64,000 nucleotides of DNA from a virus. The translations under genes and the position numbers were made by a program. The stretch spans positions 68,947-132,946 of IMG/VR virus record IMGVR_UViG_3300030451_003374; one strand, given 5' to 3'. Position 1 is the first letter of the stretch, and each line of letters begins with the position of its first letter. The notes below the pieces were generated by a model that was not told the origin of the DNA, ran no database searches, and saw only the letters and a list, made by a program, of their open reading frames with translations. This document shows, piece after piece, positions 17,573 to 27,167 of the stretch.

Positions 17573-17977
17573 TTATGATGACTTTTTATTTGGACTCGCT
17601 GATATTGTCACGGGACCCTGTTCTAACCTGATTGTTTGAGTGGGTGCTGCTTCTGCTGCTTTGGCGATGAGCATCTCCATATCCTTCTTGGTTATGTTAA
17701 CACCTCCACCATTTTCACCGTTCTTTTTCTTACCACCGGTCTGGATTCCGAACGTAGCTGTAACTCCCGTAAACACCGAAGCTATGAAGGTCGGATCTAT
17801 TTTGTCTTGTTCCCAACCTGGTATTGTGACGTAGTTCAATGTTAATATTGCACCGGACCACACCAGAATACCAAGGCGAACAAATGTACTAAGAATTACT
17901 AACTGTTCTTCTTTATCTTCAGCAAACTCTTGTAGTTTACCTATAGGACCTTTAGGTTTGTCCTTCTTATCTTCCAT
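17573..17977 (-). CDS. Two-TM membrane protein
   Basis: Hydrophobic segments LVILSTFVRLGILVWSGAILTL and FIASVFTGVTATFGI; late promoter upstream. Confidence 0.75.
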   Translation of the reverse strand: MEDKKDKPKGPIGKLQEFAEDKEEQLVILSTFVRLGILVWSGAILTLNYVTIPGWEQDKIDPTFIASVFTGVTATFGIQTGGKKKNGENGGGVNITKKDMEMLIAKAAEAAPTQTIRLEQGPVTISASPNKKSS

Positions 17978-17998
17978 CTAGAAACTGCTAGGCAGTTT

Positions 17999-18006
17999 TA
18001 TTTATA
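17999..18006 (-). promoter_or_regulatory. T4 late promoter TATAAATA
   Basis: Exact consensus 22 nt upstream of ATG 17977. Confidence 0.75.
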
Positions 18007-18229
18007 GTGCTGGAGGTGTAGGTAGTGAAGGTATTGCTGGTCCTGTAGCATCAGGTAGATCAACACTAGGTAGTGACTCAGTAACGCTTCCCATCACTGC
18101 TTCAAGTGCTTTCTCTTTGACACTCTCAATGATTGCGTCTTTTCTGATGTATACATACCCTGCTGTACCAACGACAGCGAGTGATACTGCACCAGCGAAT
18201 AGTGCTGCTGCATTAATTAGTTTTTGCAT
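18002..18229 (-). CDS. Small membrane-anchored protein
   Basis: N-terminal TM segment, Pro-rich C-terminus. Confidence 0.7.
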   Translation of the reverse strand: MQKLINAAALFAGAVSLAVVGTAGYVYIRKDAIIESVKEKALEAVMGSVTESLPSVDLPDATGPAIPSLPTPPAL

Positions 18230-18425
18230 AAGAATCCTCTGCTAATTTACGTAGGTAGTCTTGGAATGCTTCTTCTATACTTTTGTTAGAAGGGTTTCCT
18301 AGATCTACCCAAAGAGTACAGAACTCATACACTGCACGTGTATGGTCTGCTAAATGATGTTGCAATGCTCGAAAGACTTCTGCCCTCAGTAACATTCTCT
18401 CGTCTGAGTAACGCCAGTCTTCCAT
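18213..18425 (-). CDS. Hypothetical protein
   Basis: Probable start MEDWRY at 18425, right after the upstream stop. Confidence 0.65.
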   Translation of the reverse strand: MEDWRYSDERMLLRAEVFRALQHHLADHTRAVYEFCTLWVDLGNPSNKSIEEAFQDYLRKLAEDSYAKTN

Positions 18426-18426
18426 A

Positions 18427-18756
18427 TCAGCCTTTGGACTTGATAAAGCTTTCCGCGTCCATGACAACCAGTGGTTTTTTACCATTTTTCTTCATTATAA
18501 GAATAGGTTCGTAGTCACCAGAGTTATCAATTGCTTGTTGATAAGCATCCCAAACGTTCAACTTCTCTTGGTTCTTACATTCTATACTAAAAGGGAACTT
18601 TTGTCTAGCATCTCGTGCCATGATGAGGTCTTCACCACCAGCACCCATAGACCTAGACTCTATGTCCTCAGGATGTACTTCCCTATGTTCAATAAGTTTA
18701 TCTCTCACCCACTGCTGTAGTTTCCTACCCTTTGCCTTCGCTGATTGCGGTTTCAT
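18427..18756 (-). CDS. PD-(D/E)XK Holliday-junction-resolvase-like nuclease
   Basis: SAKAKGR..Q, MGAGGEDL and SIECKNQE motifs. Confidence 0.7.
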   Translation of the reverse strand: MKPQSAKAKGRKLQQWVRDKLIEHREVHPEDIESRSMGAGGEDLIMARDARQKFPFSIECKNQEKLNVWDAYQQAIDNSGDYEPILIMKKNGKKPLVVMDAESFIKSKG

Positions 18757-19352
18757 AATAATTTTTGCTCCACTATATCTATAACCTTTTTTGCTATCAC
18801 TTTATTACCCTCTATTGATGGGTGGTGGCATGGCAGTAGATCTACTGGTGTACGGAAATCATAATCATATGTCATACCAAAGGATTGTCCCAAGTGTCCT
18901 AAGAAGTATGGTTTATTCAGACACTTCAAGTGTGAGGTTATAGCAGTATGATTTATTTCCTCAAAAACTTTCTCCTGATACTTGGTGTGTATCTCTGTAC
19001 TGTAGTGTTGAAAGAATTGAAGGTGTCTTTTTGACCACCCTGCACCATTATCATTGTACCTATACCTTCTCCATCTACTGGCACTGCTATCATAATACTC
19101 TCTTCTTAAATGAAAAGTAAATTGAATAAAGAAGAAATCAAAATTCTGTAGATTGAATGTCATATTAGGAACATACTCATTCATAGTTTGTCCTGTAAAA
19201 AAGTGCCTCATGATAGTATCATTGGTGGCACCACTACTTGCTATATTAAATTCTTCAGCACCAAAGTGTTTACTTACAAGGTAACTCCATCTTTTATCTG
19301 CTGGCACTCCTTGACCAAATGTAAAGGAGCAACCATCAAAATAAAATTTCAT
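18753..19352 (-). CDS. SGNH/GDSL-like protein, paralog 1
   Basis: FDGCSFT (block I), GATND (block II), HHPS (block V). Confidence 0.7.
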   Translation of the reverse strand: MKFYFDGCSFTFGQGVPADKRWSYLVSKHFGAEEFNIASSGATNDTIMRHFFTGQTMNEYVPNMTFNLQNFDFFFIQFTFHLRREYYDSSASRWRRYRYNDNGAGWSKRHLQFFQHYSTEIHTKYQEKVFEEINHTAITSHLKCLNKPYFLGHLGQSFGMTYDYDFRTPVDLLPCHHPSIEGNKVIAKKVIDIVEQKLL

Positions 19353-20047
19353 TTATTTTCGTACTGTAATATCTCCCAAGTATGCTTATAATCAAACACA
19401 TAATAGGTAGCACCTAATTTTTTTTCTCTTATTGTCTGTGCAAGAAGGTAGTCATTACCTCCTTTCTCCATCTTATCACCAAAGAATTTTACATCTCCAT
19501 CAAAGTCTCTAAGTATCTGACTCTTATCTCTACCTTGTGGTGCTATGTCTAGTCCTGTCTCACCACCAACAGTAGCATAGAGGTCAGGAAACTCTCTATT
19601 GAATCTCCTAGCAATTTGATGTCTCTCATTCTCATCTTTATCCCATTGCTTATATACTTCTCTCTCCTCAAAGTTAGCACCTCTACCTAAGATACTAAAG
19701 TTGACACAACCAGGTCTCCTTTCTATATGTGTACCAGTTCTGATAGTAAAATTACTTTGCTTGAGTTCTAACATCAACCATGCATTGGCATCATGAGGTA
19801 GTTTCCAATCGTCTCTATAAACATTACGATCTCCCTCCCACACATCTGAACCAGAACAATTATATACTCTCCGTGCTCTGTTATACACATCAAGACCCAC
19901 CTGATCTATAGTCTTCTGTCTATCACTACCAGTCACCAGATACACAGGGTGCTTGCATTCAAATATTATGAACCATGCCATGAAAGACAAGTCCATTTGT
20001 CTCCTAGCAGGAGTCAGTGTGCCATCAACATCAAAAATGTAGTTCAT
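19349..20047 (-). CDS. HAD-IIB phosphomannomutase (eukaryote PMM type)
   Basis: FDVDGTLTPAR, LVTGSD, NFSILGR, GGETGLDI, FFGDKMEKGGNDY. Confidence 0.85.
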   Translation of the reverse strand: MNYIFDVDGTLTPARRQMDLSFMAWFIIFECKHPVYLVTGSDRQKTIDQVGLDVYNRARRVYNCSGSDVWEGDRNVYRDDWKLPHDANAWLMLELKQSNFTIRTGTHIERRPGCVNFSILGRGANFEEREVYKQWDKDENERHQIARRFNREFPDLYATVGGETGLDIAPQGRDKSQILRDFDGDVKFFGDKMEKGGNDYLLAQTIREKKLGATYYVFDYKHTWEILQYENK

Positions 20048-20615
20048 TTGTCATAAATTTTATTACATCATCAGCAATGTGACGATGACCTTTGACTGAA
20101 GGATGCCCTCCATCAGGTAGTCTAGCATATGTATGGAGAAATAGGTCATAATCTAAATCTTTATTTGCATTTTTCCATTGAGTGCACAGGAACAATGGTT
20201 TACCAAGTTCTTTACAGTATGCTCTTATAGATTTGACTGCAATCTGTTCTATAACTCTCCCCTGTACCTCACTGTATTTGTATTTGAGATAGTCCTCTGC
20301 CCACTTGTCTTTATCTGGATGATATCTCCTCCATCTCTTTTCAATATCACAAAAGTATTCTCTTCTACGAGGGTAAGACAGTTGTATGAAGAACATATCA
20401 AACTCATGGAGAGGGATCTCTTTCTTTTTACACTTACCAGTAAATAGATGTCGCATAGCGGTGTCAATAGGAGCACCACCAGTTGCTAAATTAGTTTCTT
20501 CTGCTCCAAAATGTTCACATACTAAGGTAGACCAACGTGATTTTCTAGGAAGACCACATAACTCTAGTCCTCCACCATTCATCCATGAGTCACCATCAAA
20601 GTAAAACTTTTTCAT
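20031..20615 (-). CDS. SGNH/GDSL-like protein, paralog 2
   Basis: FDGDSW, GGAPID, DGGHPS. Confidence 0.7.
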   Translation of the reverse strand: MKKFYFDGDSWMNGGGLELCGLPRKSRWSTLVCEHFGAEETNLATGGAPIDTAMRHLFTGKCKKKEIPLHEFDMFFIQLSYPRRREYFCDIEKRWRRYHPDKDKWAEDYLKYKYSEVQGRVIEQIAVKSIRAYCKELGKPLFLCTQWKNANKDLDYDLFLHTYARLPDGGHPSVKGHRHIADDVIKFMTNELHF

Positions 20616-21282
20616 CTATCAACTTTATAATATCATCAGCAATTTGTCTATTACCCAGTGGTGATGGGTGTCCATCAGGTAATTTATCATACTTTGTAGT
20701 TATCTCTTCAGTCACATAGTGTTTACTTGCAGCGTTTAGATATATGTCGTAGTCCATAACAGCACTCTCTGGATTCATAAACGTAAGAGTTATATATGGT
20801 TTCTTCAGTAGTTTAAGATGTGATGTAATTGCTTTCATCATCACAGTCTCATAAACTGCACCCTGTTTTGGGTCATATATGTCAGTCAACCAGTACTGTA
20901 TCCACCTCTGCAACTCAGGATTTTTCTTTCTCTTCTCTGCTTCTTTCTTGACACCTCTAAACTTATATCTATCCCACTTCATAGTAGTTCTATTCCAATA
21001 CTCACCTCTTCTAGGTGACGTAGACTGTATAAAAAATAAATCAAAGTCGTTGAGATCGAATCGTATAGGATTCTTCATCACATTGTGCTCTCTAAACTTC
21101 TCTCCCATAAAAAAATGTCTCAGTATGGTGTCATTAGCAGCACCACCTGATGACAAGTTGAATTCTTCTGCACCGTAGTGATCAGAAACTAATTTTGTCC
21201 AACGATTTGCTAGGAAATCATGTCCATACTCACTCATGGCATAACCATGTGAGAAGGAGCATCCATCAAAATAAAATTTCAT
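20596..21282 (-). CDS. SGNH/GDSL-like protein, paralog 3
   Basis: FDGCSFS, GGAAND, DGHPS. Confidence 0.7.
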   Translation of the reverse strand: MKFYFDGCSFSHGYAMSEYGHDFLANRWTKLVSDHYGAEEFNLSSGGAANDTILRHFFMGEKFREHNVMKNPIRFDLNDFDLFFIQSTSPRRGEYWNRTTMKWDRYKFRGVKKEAEKRKKNPELQRWIQYWLTDIYDPKQGAVYETVMMKAITSHLKLLKKPYITLTFMNPESAVMDYDIYLNAASKHYVTEEITTKYDKLPDGHPSPLGNRQIADDIIKLIDEKVLL

Positions 21283-22121
21283 ACTATATCTATATCCTTT
21301 TTACCCCACTCTACAGGTACATCTCCAAAGACTCTTTTATAATCCACATAGCATAAATCAAACTCCTTTCTCAACCTATCATAGTCTATAGGATTCTTTT
21401 CATTTCTCCATTGATCCCAGAACTCAGGGAACTCTTTTATGTTAGTACCTCTCTCTGGATAGTATGCATTCCTATGCATTTTTGGAATAGGATGTCCTAA
21501 GAAGTCTGACAGTTCACTAGGGTCTTCCCATATCCTTTCCATAACCATTGGTAACACTCTCTCCTCACCAAAAACTCTAGCATACTTCTCATACACCTCA
21601 CCATATAAAGCTGATCGTCTTATACCACCCTTCTTGTTGTACATTCTACTGTATTCTGTACGTGCTTCAGACCATATCTTACGAACAGGGTCTCTGAATA
21701 TCAGAGTTATCTTAACATCAAAGTGTTCAGACAACTTGTCACGTAGAAAACAAAGATATTCCTCATCTGCCACTGCCATCTTATTACAGAAGTCACCCAC
21801 CGACTTGAACTCACCATCAAGATAGTCCCAATGCCTTTTATAATATTGAATATATTTCTCTATAGATGTAGGAAGAGAAAAGAAATAGTCCTCCTCCTCT
21901 TTAGTAAATTTTATATGCTGTCTTGATGGTGCTTGAGCAGAGGGTTCTGGTGTGAGAACAAACTTCCTCTCCACATTGGTATCTTGATTCCTTAGTAACC
22001 ATAACCAATGAGTCTTCTTACGATGTCCAGTGTGCAGATACTTAGTATCATCTTGTAGAGTTCGCCACAATGGACTGGTCGCAGAGTACGCAGTTCCAAA
22101 ATTTAATAATAAAGGTATCAA
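21279..22121 (-). CDS. Sulfotransferase-like P-loop protein (degenerate)
   Basis: GTAYSATSPL resembles the 5'-PSB loop; IFRDPVRKIWS resembles the 3'-PB motif. Confidence 0.55.
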   Translation of the reverse strand: MIPLLLNFGTAYSATSPLWRTLQDDTKYLHTGHRKKTHWLWLLRNQDTNVERKFVLTPEPSAQAPSRQHIKFTKEEEDYFFSLPTSIEKYIQYYKRHWDYLDGEFKSVGDFCNKMAVADEEYLCFLRDKLSEHFDVKITLIFRDPVRKIWSEARTEYSRMYNKKGGIRRSALYGEVYEKYARVFGEERVLPMVMERIWEDPSELSDFLGHPIPKMHRNAYYPERGTNIKEFPEFWDQWRNEKNPIDYDRLRKEFDLCYVDYKRVFGDVPVEWGKKDIDIV

Positions 22122-22122
22122 T

Positions 22123-22506
22123 TTACACTTTAGGATAACCTTTTAGATTACAGATTATCATATATGAACCCTTGATAGGTCCGCTAATAGCATTCGCTAC
22201 AACTGCTGAGACTTCTCCTTGTATAGAGTCAACATATAATCTTTGGAATGCACCATGTGGTGTAACCATTATGATAATACTGTCAATGTCTATCTTACCC
22301 TTCCAATCAGCAGGGAAATTTATAACCCCATTGTCTGGTATGTCACCCTTTACTCTGACTGCACCTATTACTGGTGCATGATCCCCTCGATTCTTTGCCA
22401 TTGGTTGTCCCTCCTCTTGGATGTAAATTTTACCTGAATCTGTTCTATACTTATGGTATATCTCACCCCAAATTTTTAGTTTGCGGCCATCACCTCTACC
22501 ATTCAT
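22123..22506 (-). CDS. Stand-alone tail-fibre C-terminal-like domain, copy 1
   Basis: VINFPADWKGKIDIDSIIIMVTPHGAFQRLYV resembles the I.LP.YW..LV...SITVQLTP.G..Q.L.V domain ending cyanophage fibre proteins. Confidence 0.5.
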   Translation of the reverse strand: MNGRGDGRKLKIWGEIYHKYRTDSGKIYIQEEGQPMAKNRGDHAPVIGAVRVKGDIPDNGVINFPADWKGKIDIDSIIIMVTPHGAFQRLYVDSIQGEVSAVVANAISGPIKGSYMIICNLKGYPKV

Positions 22507-22829
22507 TACTCAAACGCTTGAGTATTACTGTAGTTACCTGTGCTGGTGTCTATTTCTACATCGTCCTGTAGGTTAGCGATTAGAAAATACCATCCTTGAA
22601 TATGAGATCCTGCTGCATTCTTTACTATTGCTTTACTTCCATATGATATAGACTCAACATATAATTCTTGATATGATTTGTAAGGAGTAAGTATAATAGA
22701 GATAGTATTAGTCTTTACTTTACCCGCCCATGCTTTTGGGAACTCTATAATACCATCCGCAGATAGTCTACCTTTTGCTCTGACTGCTAGGTTATATGTT
22801 TTAGCTGATGAATTTAAATCTACGGACAT
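22506..22829 (-). CDS. Stand-alone tail-fibre C-terminal-like domain, copy 2
   Basis: IIEFPKAWAGKVKTNTISIILTPYKSYQELYV; clear paralog of the adjacent gene. Confidence 0.5.
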   Translation of the reverse strand: MSVDLNSSAKTYNLAVRAKGRLSADGIIEFPKAWAGKVKTNTISIILTPYKSYQELYVESISYGSKAIVKNAAGSHIQGWYFLIANLQDDVEIDTSTGNYSNTQAFE

Positions 22830-23485
22830 GTTATTCCTTTGAATATAGTGTTACTATTTATTACTTTTATAACATCTTTGGCGATCTGCCTATGTCCTTC
22901 AACACTTGGGTGTCCATCAGGGAAACTGTCATACCTTGTCTTAGGAAGATTGGTAGTTTGATTAGGATCTTTGAAGTTCAAGTGGTAATCCATGCGAGAT
23001 TCTTTATTTTTTATAACCGTAGACCAGAACACAGGTTTGTTCAATGCTTTTAGGTGTGAATCTATGCTCCTATATGTCACCTCTTCCTTCACTCGTCCTG
23101 CTTTATCGCTGTATATTCTCTTCAAATAGTAGTCAATCCATTCCTCTAGCACAGGGTCTTCCTTCCTGAGTTGATCTTTATAAACCTTTGCCTTGAACTT
23201 ATATCTCCTCCAAATATTTTTTATATCATCAAACCACTCACTCCTAGCAGTAATGGTAGTCTGCATAAAGAAACAGTCATAGGTTTCCAACTCATCATAA
23301 TTTTTGACGAAAAAATTTCTGAGTATGGTGTCGTTAGCAGCACCACCTATGGCAAAGTTATGTTCTTCTGCATTGAAATGGTCACAGACATGGTGTGTCC
23401 ATAGTAAATTCTTATAATTTTCGTGCCCAAACTTTTTGAATCCTCCACCAGCAGTGAAAGAACAACCATCAAAATAAAACTTCAC
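22820..23485 (-). CDS. SGNH/GDSL-like protein, paralog 4
   Basis: FDGCSFT, GGAAND, DGHPS. Confidence 0.7.
   Translation of the reverse strand: MKFYFDGCSFTAGGGFKKFGHENYKNLLWTHHVCDHFNAEEHNFAIGGAANDTILRNFFVKNYDELETYDCFFMQTTITARSEWFDDIKNIWRRYKFKAKVYKDQLRKEDPVLEEWIDYYLKRIYSDKAGRVKEEVTYRSIDSHLKALNKPVFWSTVIKNKESRMDYHLNFKDPNQTTNLPKTRYDSFPDGHPSVEGHRQIAKDVIKVINSNTIFKGITCP
22855..22862 (-). promoter_or_regulatory. T4-type late promoter (AATAAATA)
   Basis: TAAATA core 26 nt before ATG 22829. Confidence 0.5.
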
Positions 23486-23772
23486 TTCTCAGCAGCATAT
23501 AAAGCAAATGTAGAGGTAGTTATAACAGTCATCATGTTAGCAATATGTTGTTTAGTTTCTGAGTTACACTCTCTACCTGGCATAAGACATCCATGAATAG
23601 TAGCAGCAACTATCAGTAACTGTGTTACCACTACTACTTGTATTAGGTTTATAATTCTACCTTTCAAACAAGGGGTTCCATCTTTATTCAAAGGTGGATC
23701 CCATCTACTCCTAGAGTTTGAATCCTGAGAACGTGTCCTTCTTGACGTCTTGTTTGATTCCTCCGACGACAT
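23482..23772 (-). CDS. Small membrane protein
   Basis: Hydrophobic IINLIQVVVVTQLLIVAATI followed by a second hydrophobic helix. Confidence 0.6.
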   Translation of the reverse strand: MSSEESNKTSRRTRSQDSNSRSRWDPPLNKDGTPCLKGRIINLIQVVVVTQLLIVAATIHGCLMPGRECNSETKQHIANMMTVITTSTFALYAAEK

Positions 23773-24892
23773 AACTTTCTACCTCTGTCTCCTGTGGTGC
23801 AACCTGTAAACCTTTAGAACTAATCCAATGTTCTGTCCAAGGTAGTGGGTTGTTCTTTATGGGTGCATCATATATAGGATCTAGTCCAATCGCTCTCATT
23901 CTTTTATTGCAGATCCACTCAACATATTTAACAAGTAACTTATCGTTGAGTCCTATCATGCTACCATCTTTGAATAAGTATTGTGCCCACTCTTTCTCTT
24001 CTTCCACTGCCATTCTATACATGTCAATGACAGTTTGCTCTTCTTCTTTCATTATCTCACTCATGACAGGGTCATCTCCCTTCTGCCATGCCTTGATCAT
24101 TTGTTGAGTGAGGACTGTGTGTTGGTTCTCATCTCTTGCAATAAGTGAGATGATTTTTGCCGAACCTTCCATGAGTTTGAGTTCTCCAAATGCAAAACTG
24201 CAAGCAAAACTAACATAAAAACGAATACCTTCGAGTATATTGACATTAGATACAGCGAGATAAAGTTTACGTTTTAGTTCTTTCTCCTCATAAGACGCAT
24301 TATAACTAGCATTCTTCCAGTCAGGTCTCCACCAGTTACTCTGATCATATTGATGTGCCATGTTGATGAAGTCATCATAGGCAGCAGTCACTGACTTAGC
24401 ACGTGCCAATATCTTATCATCATCCAGTATGGTATCAAAAACCTCTGCTGGATCTGGATAAACATTCTTGATAATATAAGTGTATGATCTACTATGAATC
24501 ATCTCCATAAACTGCCATACATTCATAGCACCTTCTAACTCAGGCAGTGCACAGTAGGGTGAGAATGCCATACCAGGACCACGACCTTGTACAGAGTCAA
24601 GGAGTATTTGATACTTCAAATTAGAAGTAAATATATGCTTCTGCTCTGGACGTAGAGACTGATAGTCACCACGATCCTTTTGTAGAGACACCTCTTCTGG
24701 TCTCCAGAAGTATCCAAGCATCTGGTTTGTTAGTTTCTCAAACACAGGATACTTATATGAATCATACCTCTGCACACCAAGGGGTGCACCAAAGAACATA
24801 GGTTGTTCTTTTGTATCGACATGTCCTTTATTGAAGACAGTCATACCATTGACTGGTGTAGACTCAGTCACTCTAAATTGCACAGGAATCAC
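23711..24892 (-). CDS. nrdB: Ribonucleotide reductase class Ia beta subunit
   Basis: FWRPEEV, LDSVQGR, EMIHSRSY, EGIRFYVSF, IARDENQH, VAPQETE; start may be GTG 24883. Confidence 0.97.
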   Translation of the reverse strand: MIPVQFRVTESTPVNGMTVFNKGHVDTKEQPMFFGAPLGVQRYDSYKYPVFEKLTNQMLGYFWRPEEVSLQKDRGDYQSLRPEQKHIFTSNLKYQILLDSVQGRGPGMAFSPYCALPELEGAMNVWQFMEMIHSRSYTYIIKNVYPDPAEVFDTILDDDKILARAKSVTAAYDDFINMAHQYDQSNWWRPDWKNASYNASYEEKELKRKLYLAVSNVNILEGIRFYVSFACSFAFGELKLMEGSAKIISLIARDENQHTVLTQQMIKAWQKGDDPVMSEIMKEEEQTVIDMYRMAVEEEKEWAQYLFKDGSMIGLNDKLLVKYVEWICNKRMRAIGLDPIYDAPIKNNPLPWTEHWISSKGLQVAPQETEVESYVVGGIKQDVKKDTFSGFKL

Positions 24893-27167
24893 AGGATTCT
24901 TCCGATAGGTTTTCTATTTCTGCTATTAGATCTTTTGTAGATGCTACCGGTTCCTCTATTTCATCACTCTTCATGTCATGAGTGTTCTGATAGTAGGAAG
25001 TTTTCCATCCATACTTATATGTGGTCAACAAATCTTGTGCCATAACAGAAACTGGCACTTCATTATTAGGATAATTCTCTGGGTTATATGACCAATTACC
25101 AGATATTGCTTGATCAAAGAATTTTTGCATCACAGAGACAACATTTATGTATCCCTGATTGTCTTTCATATTCCATAACAATGTATAGTTATTTTTTAGT
25201 TTACTATACTGTGGTACAACTTGCTTAAGAGGTCCTTTCTTTGACTTCTTAATGGACAAGTAGTCTCTAGGTGGTTCGATTCCATTGGTTGCATTTGACA
25301 CAACGGAACTGCTCTCCGAAGGCATCTGTGCGGACAACGTGCTGTGCCTGAGTCCGAACTCCTTGATGTCATTCCGTAAAGAATCCCAATCATGTTGGTA
25401 TGCTACTGTTGTAATCTCATCTACATCCTTCTTATATGTATCAATTGGAAGTTGTCCCAAAGAGTATTTTGTGCGGTCAAAATATTCACATGCACCCTTC
25501 TCTTTTGCCAGTTGATTTGATGCTTTTAGTAAGAAGTATTGGAACGACTCGGTTAGTGTATGTGCTGCGTCCCATGCCTCCTGAGAATCATAAGCAAACC
25601 CTAATTTTGCAAAGTAATGTGCTAGTCCAATGTAACCTATACCAAGAGATCTTCTTGCCTTAGTAGATTTCTCAGCAGCAGCAACAGGATACTCTTGATA
25701 ATCTATAATCTCATCTAATGCTCTGACTGCAAGGTCACATAGTGACTCCAGTTCTTTATCCGACTGTACCTTTCCTACGTTTACAGCAGACAATATACAC
25801 AGTGCTATCTCACCTTCCTTATCAATGTGTTGCAGGGGTGTAGTAGGTAGGGTAATCTCCTGACAGAGGTTACTCATAGACACCTTGTCAATAAATGATG
25901 AATGACTATTGCAGTGGTCGATATTCATGATGTATATACGACCAGTCTCTGCTCTCTCCTTTAGAATTGCGAGGAAGAGTTCTTGTGCTGCAATGGTTTC
26001 TCTTGGGATTGATTCATCCAACTCGTAACTGCAATATAACTCATCAAACCTATCGGTCCCAAAACTCTCAAACAAGTCAGGACAATTATGAGGGGAAAAA
26101 AGCGAGATGTCTTGATTCTGGATAAACCTTTCGTAAAAAAGTTTTGAGATTTGGATTGAGTAGTCGAGTTTTCTGACACGGTTGTCCTCTGTTCCTTTAT
26201 TATTCTTGAGTACAATTATATCTTTTATTTCTTGGTGCCAGATGGGGAAGTGGACAGTCGCTGATCCACCTCTAACGCCATTTTGAGTGCAGCATCTGAC
26301 AGTGCTTTCAAACTTTTTGAGGAAAGGTATAACGCCTGTGTGTTGTACTTCTCCGCCACGGATTTTGCTGTTGATGCCACGGATTTTGCCCGCATTGATG
26401 CCGATACCCGCCCTCTGTGCAACATATTTGCCGATAGCCATATCACTGCTAAAGATGCTATCGAGGGTGTCATCAATATCCACAAGAACACAGCTAGCGA
26501 ATTGTCGAAGTGGAGTTCTAACTCCCGCCATGACAGGTGTGGGAATGTTGAGCTTGTGTTTGCTGATGCTGTTGTAGTATCTCTGAACATAACTGATTCT
26601 TGTTTCCTTAGGGTAGTTTGCAAATAGTGTAGCAGCAATCATAATGTACATCTGCTGTGGTGTCTCATACACTTCACCACTGCTTCTGTCTTGTACAAGA
26701 TACTTGTCAAAGACTTGTCTCAATCCTGCATAGGTAAACAGGAAGTCACGATCATGATCTATTATACCATCTATTTCATTGATCTCTTCATCAGAATATT
26801 TATCAAGCACTGTGGTGTCATACAGACCTCTCTCAACGCACTCCTTGATATGGTCATGAAGGTGTGGAATTGTTTCTAACTTACCATACAGACCCTTACG
26901 GAGGGCAAAGAGCATAAGTCTAGCAGCAACGAACTGGTAGTTAGGATTGTCAAGTGTTATTAGATCACTAGCAGACTTGATTAGAATATTCTGTATCTCA
27001 GCAGTAGTGATACCATCATAGAATTGTATACCAGATTGTATCTCCACCTGTGATGCGGAGACTCCTGCTAGATTTTCACATGCACGTTCTGCCATGACGT
27101 GCATCTTTTCAAGATTCAATGGTTCAGTAGAACCGTTTCTCTTTACAACTTTTATACCGTTGCTCAT
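24873..27167 (-). CDS. nrdA: Ribonucleotide reductase class Ia alpha subunit with ATP cone
   Basis: VVKRNG ATP cone, PTPVMAG, SCVL, SNLCQEI, QMPSESSS, C-terminal CDSC; ATGA-coupled start at 27167. Confidence 0.97.
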   Translation of the reverse strand: MSNGIKVVKRNGSTEPLNLEKMHVMAERACENLAGVSASQVEIQSGIQFYDGITTAEIQNILIKSASDLITLDNPNYQFVAARLMLFALRKGLYGKLETIPHLHDHIKECVERGLYDTTVLDKYSDEEINEIDGIIDHDRDFLFTYAGLRQVFDKYLVQDRSSGEVYETPQQMYIMIAATLFANYPKETRISYVQRYYNSISKHKLNIPTPVMAGVRTPLRQFASCVLVDIDDTLDSIFSSDMAIGKYVAQRAGIGINAGKIRGINSKIRGGEVQHTGVIPFLKKFESTVRCCTQNGVRGGSATVHFPIWHQEIKDIIVLKNNKGTEDNRVRKLDYSIQISKLFYERFIQNQDISLFSPHNCPDLFESFGTDRFDELYCSYELDESIPRETIAAQELFLAILKERAETGRIYIMNIDHCNSHSSFIDKVSMSNLCQEITLPTTPLQHIDKEGEIALCILSAVNVGKVQSDKELESLCDLAVRALDEIIDYQEYPVAAAEKSTKARRSLGIGYIGLAHYFAKLGFAYDSQEAWDAAHTLTESFQYFLLKASNQLAKEKGACEYFDRTKYSLGQLPIDTYKKDVDEITTVAYQHDWDSLRNDIKEFGLRHSTLSAQMPSESSSVVSNATNGIEPPRDYLSIKKSKKGPLKQVVPQYSKLKNNYTLLWNMKDNQGYINVVSVMQKFFDQAISGNWSYNPENYPNNEVPVSVMAQDLLTTYKYGWKTSYYQNTHDMKSDEIEEPVASTKDLIAEIENLSEESCDSCAI

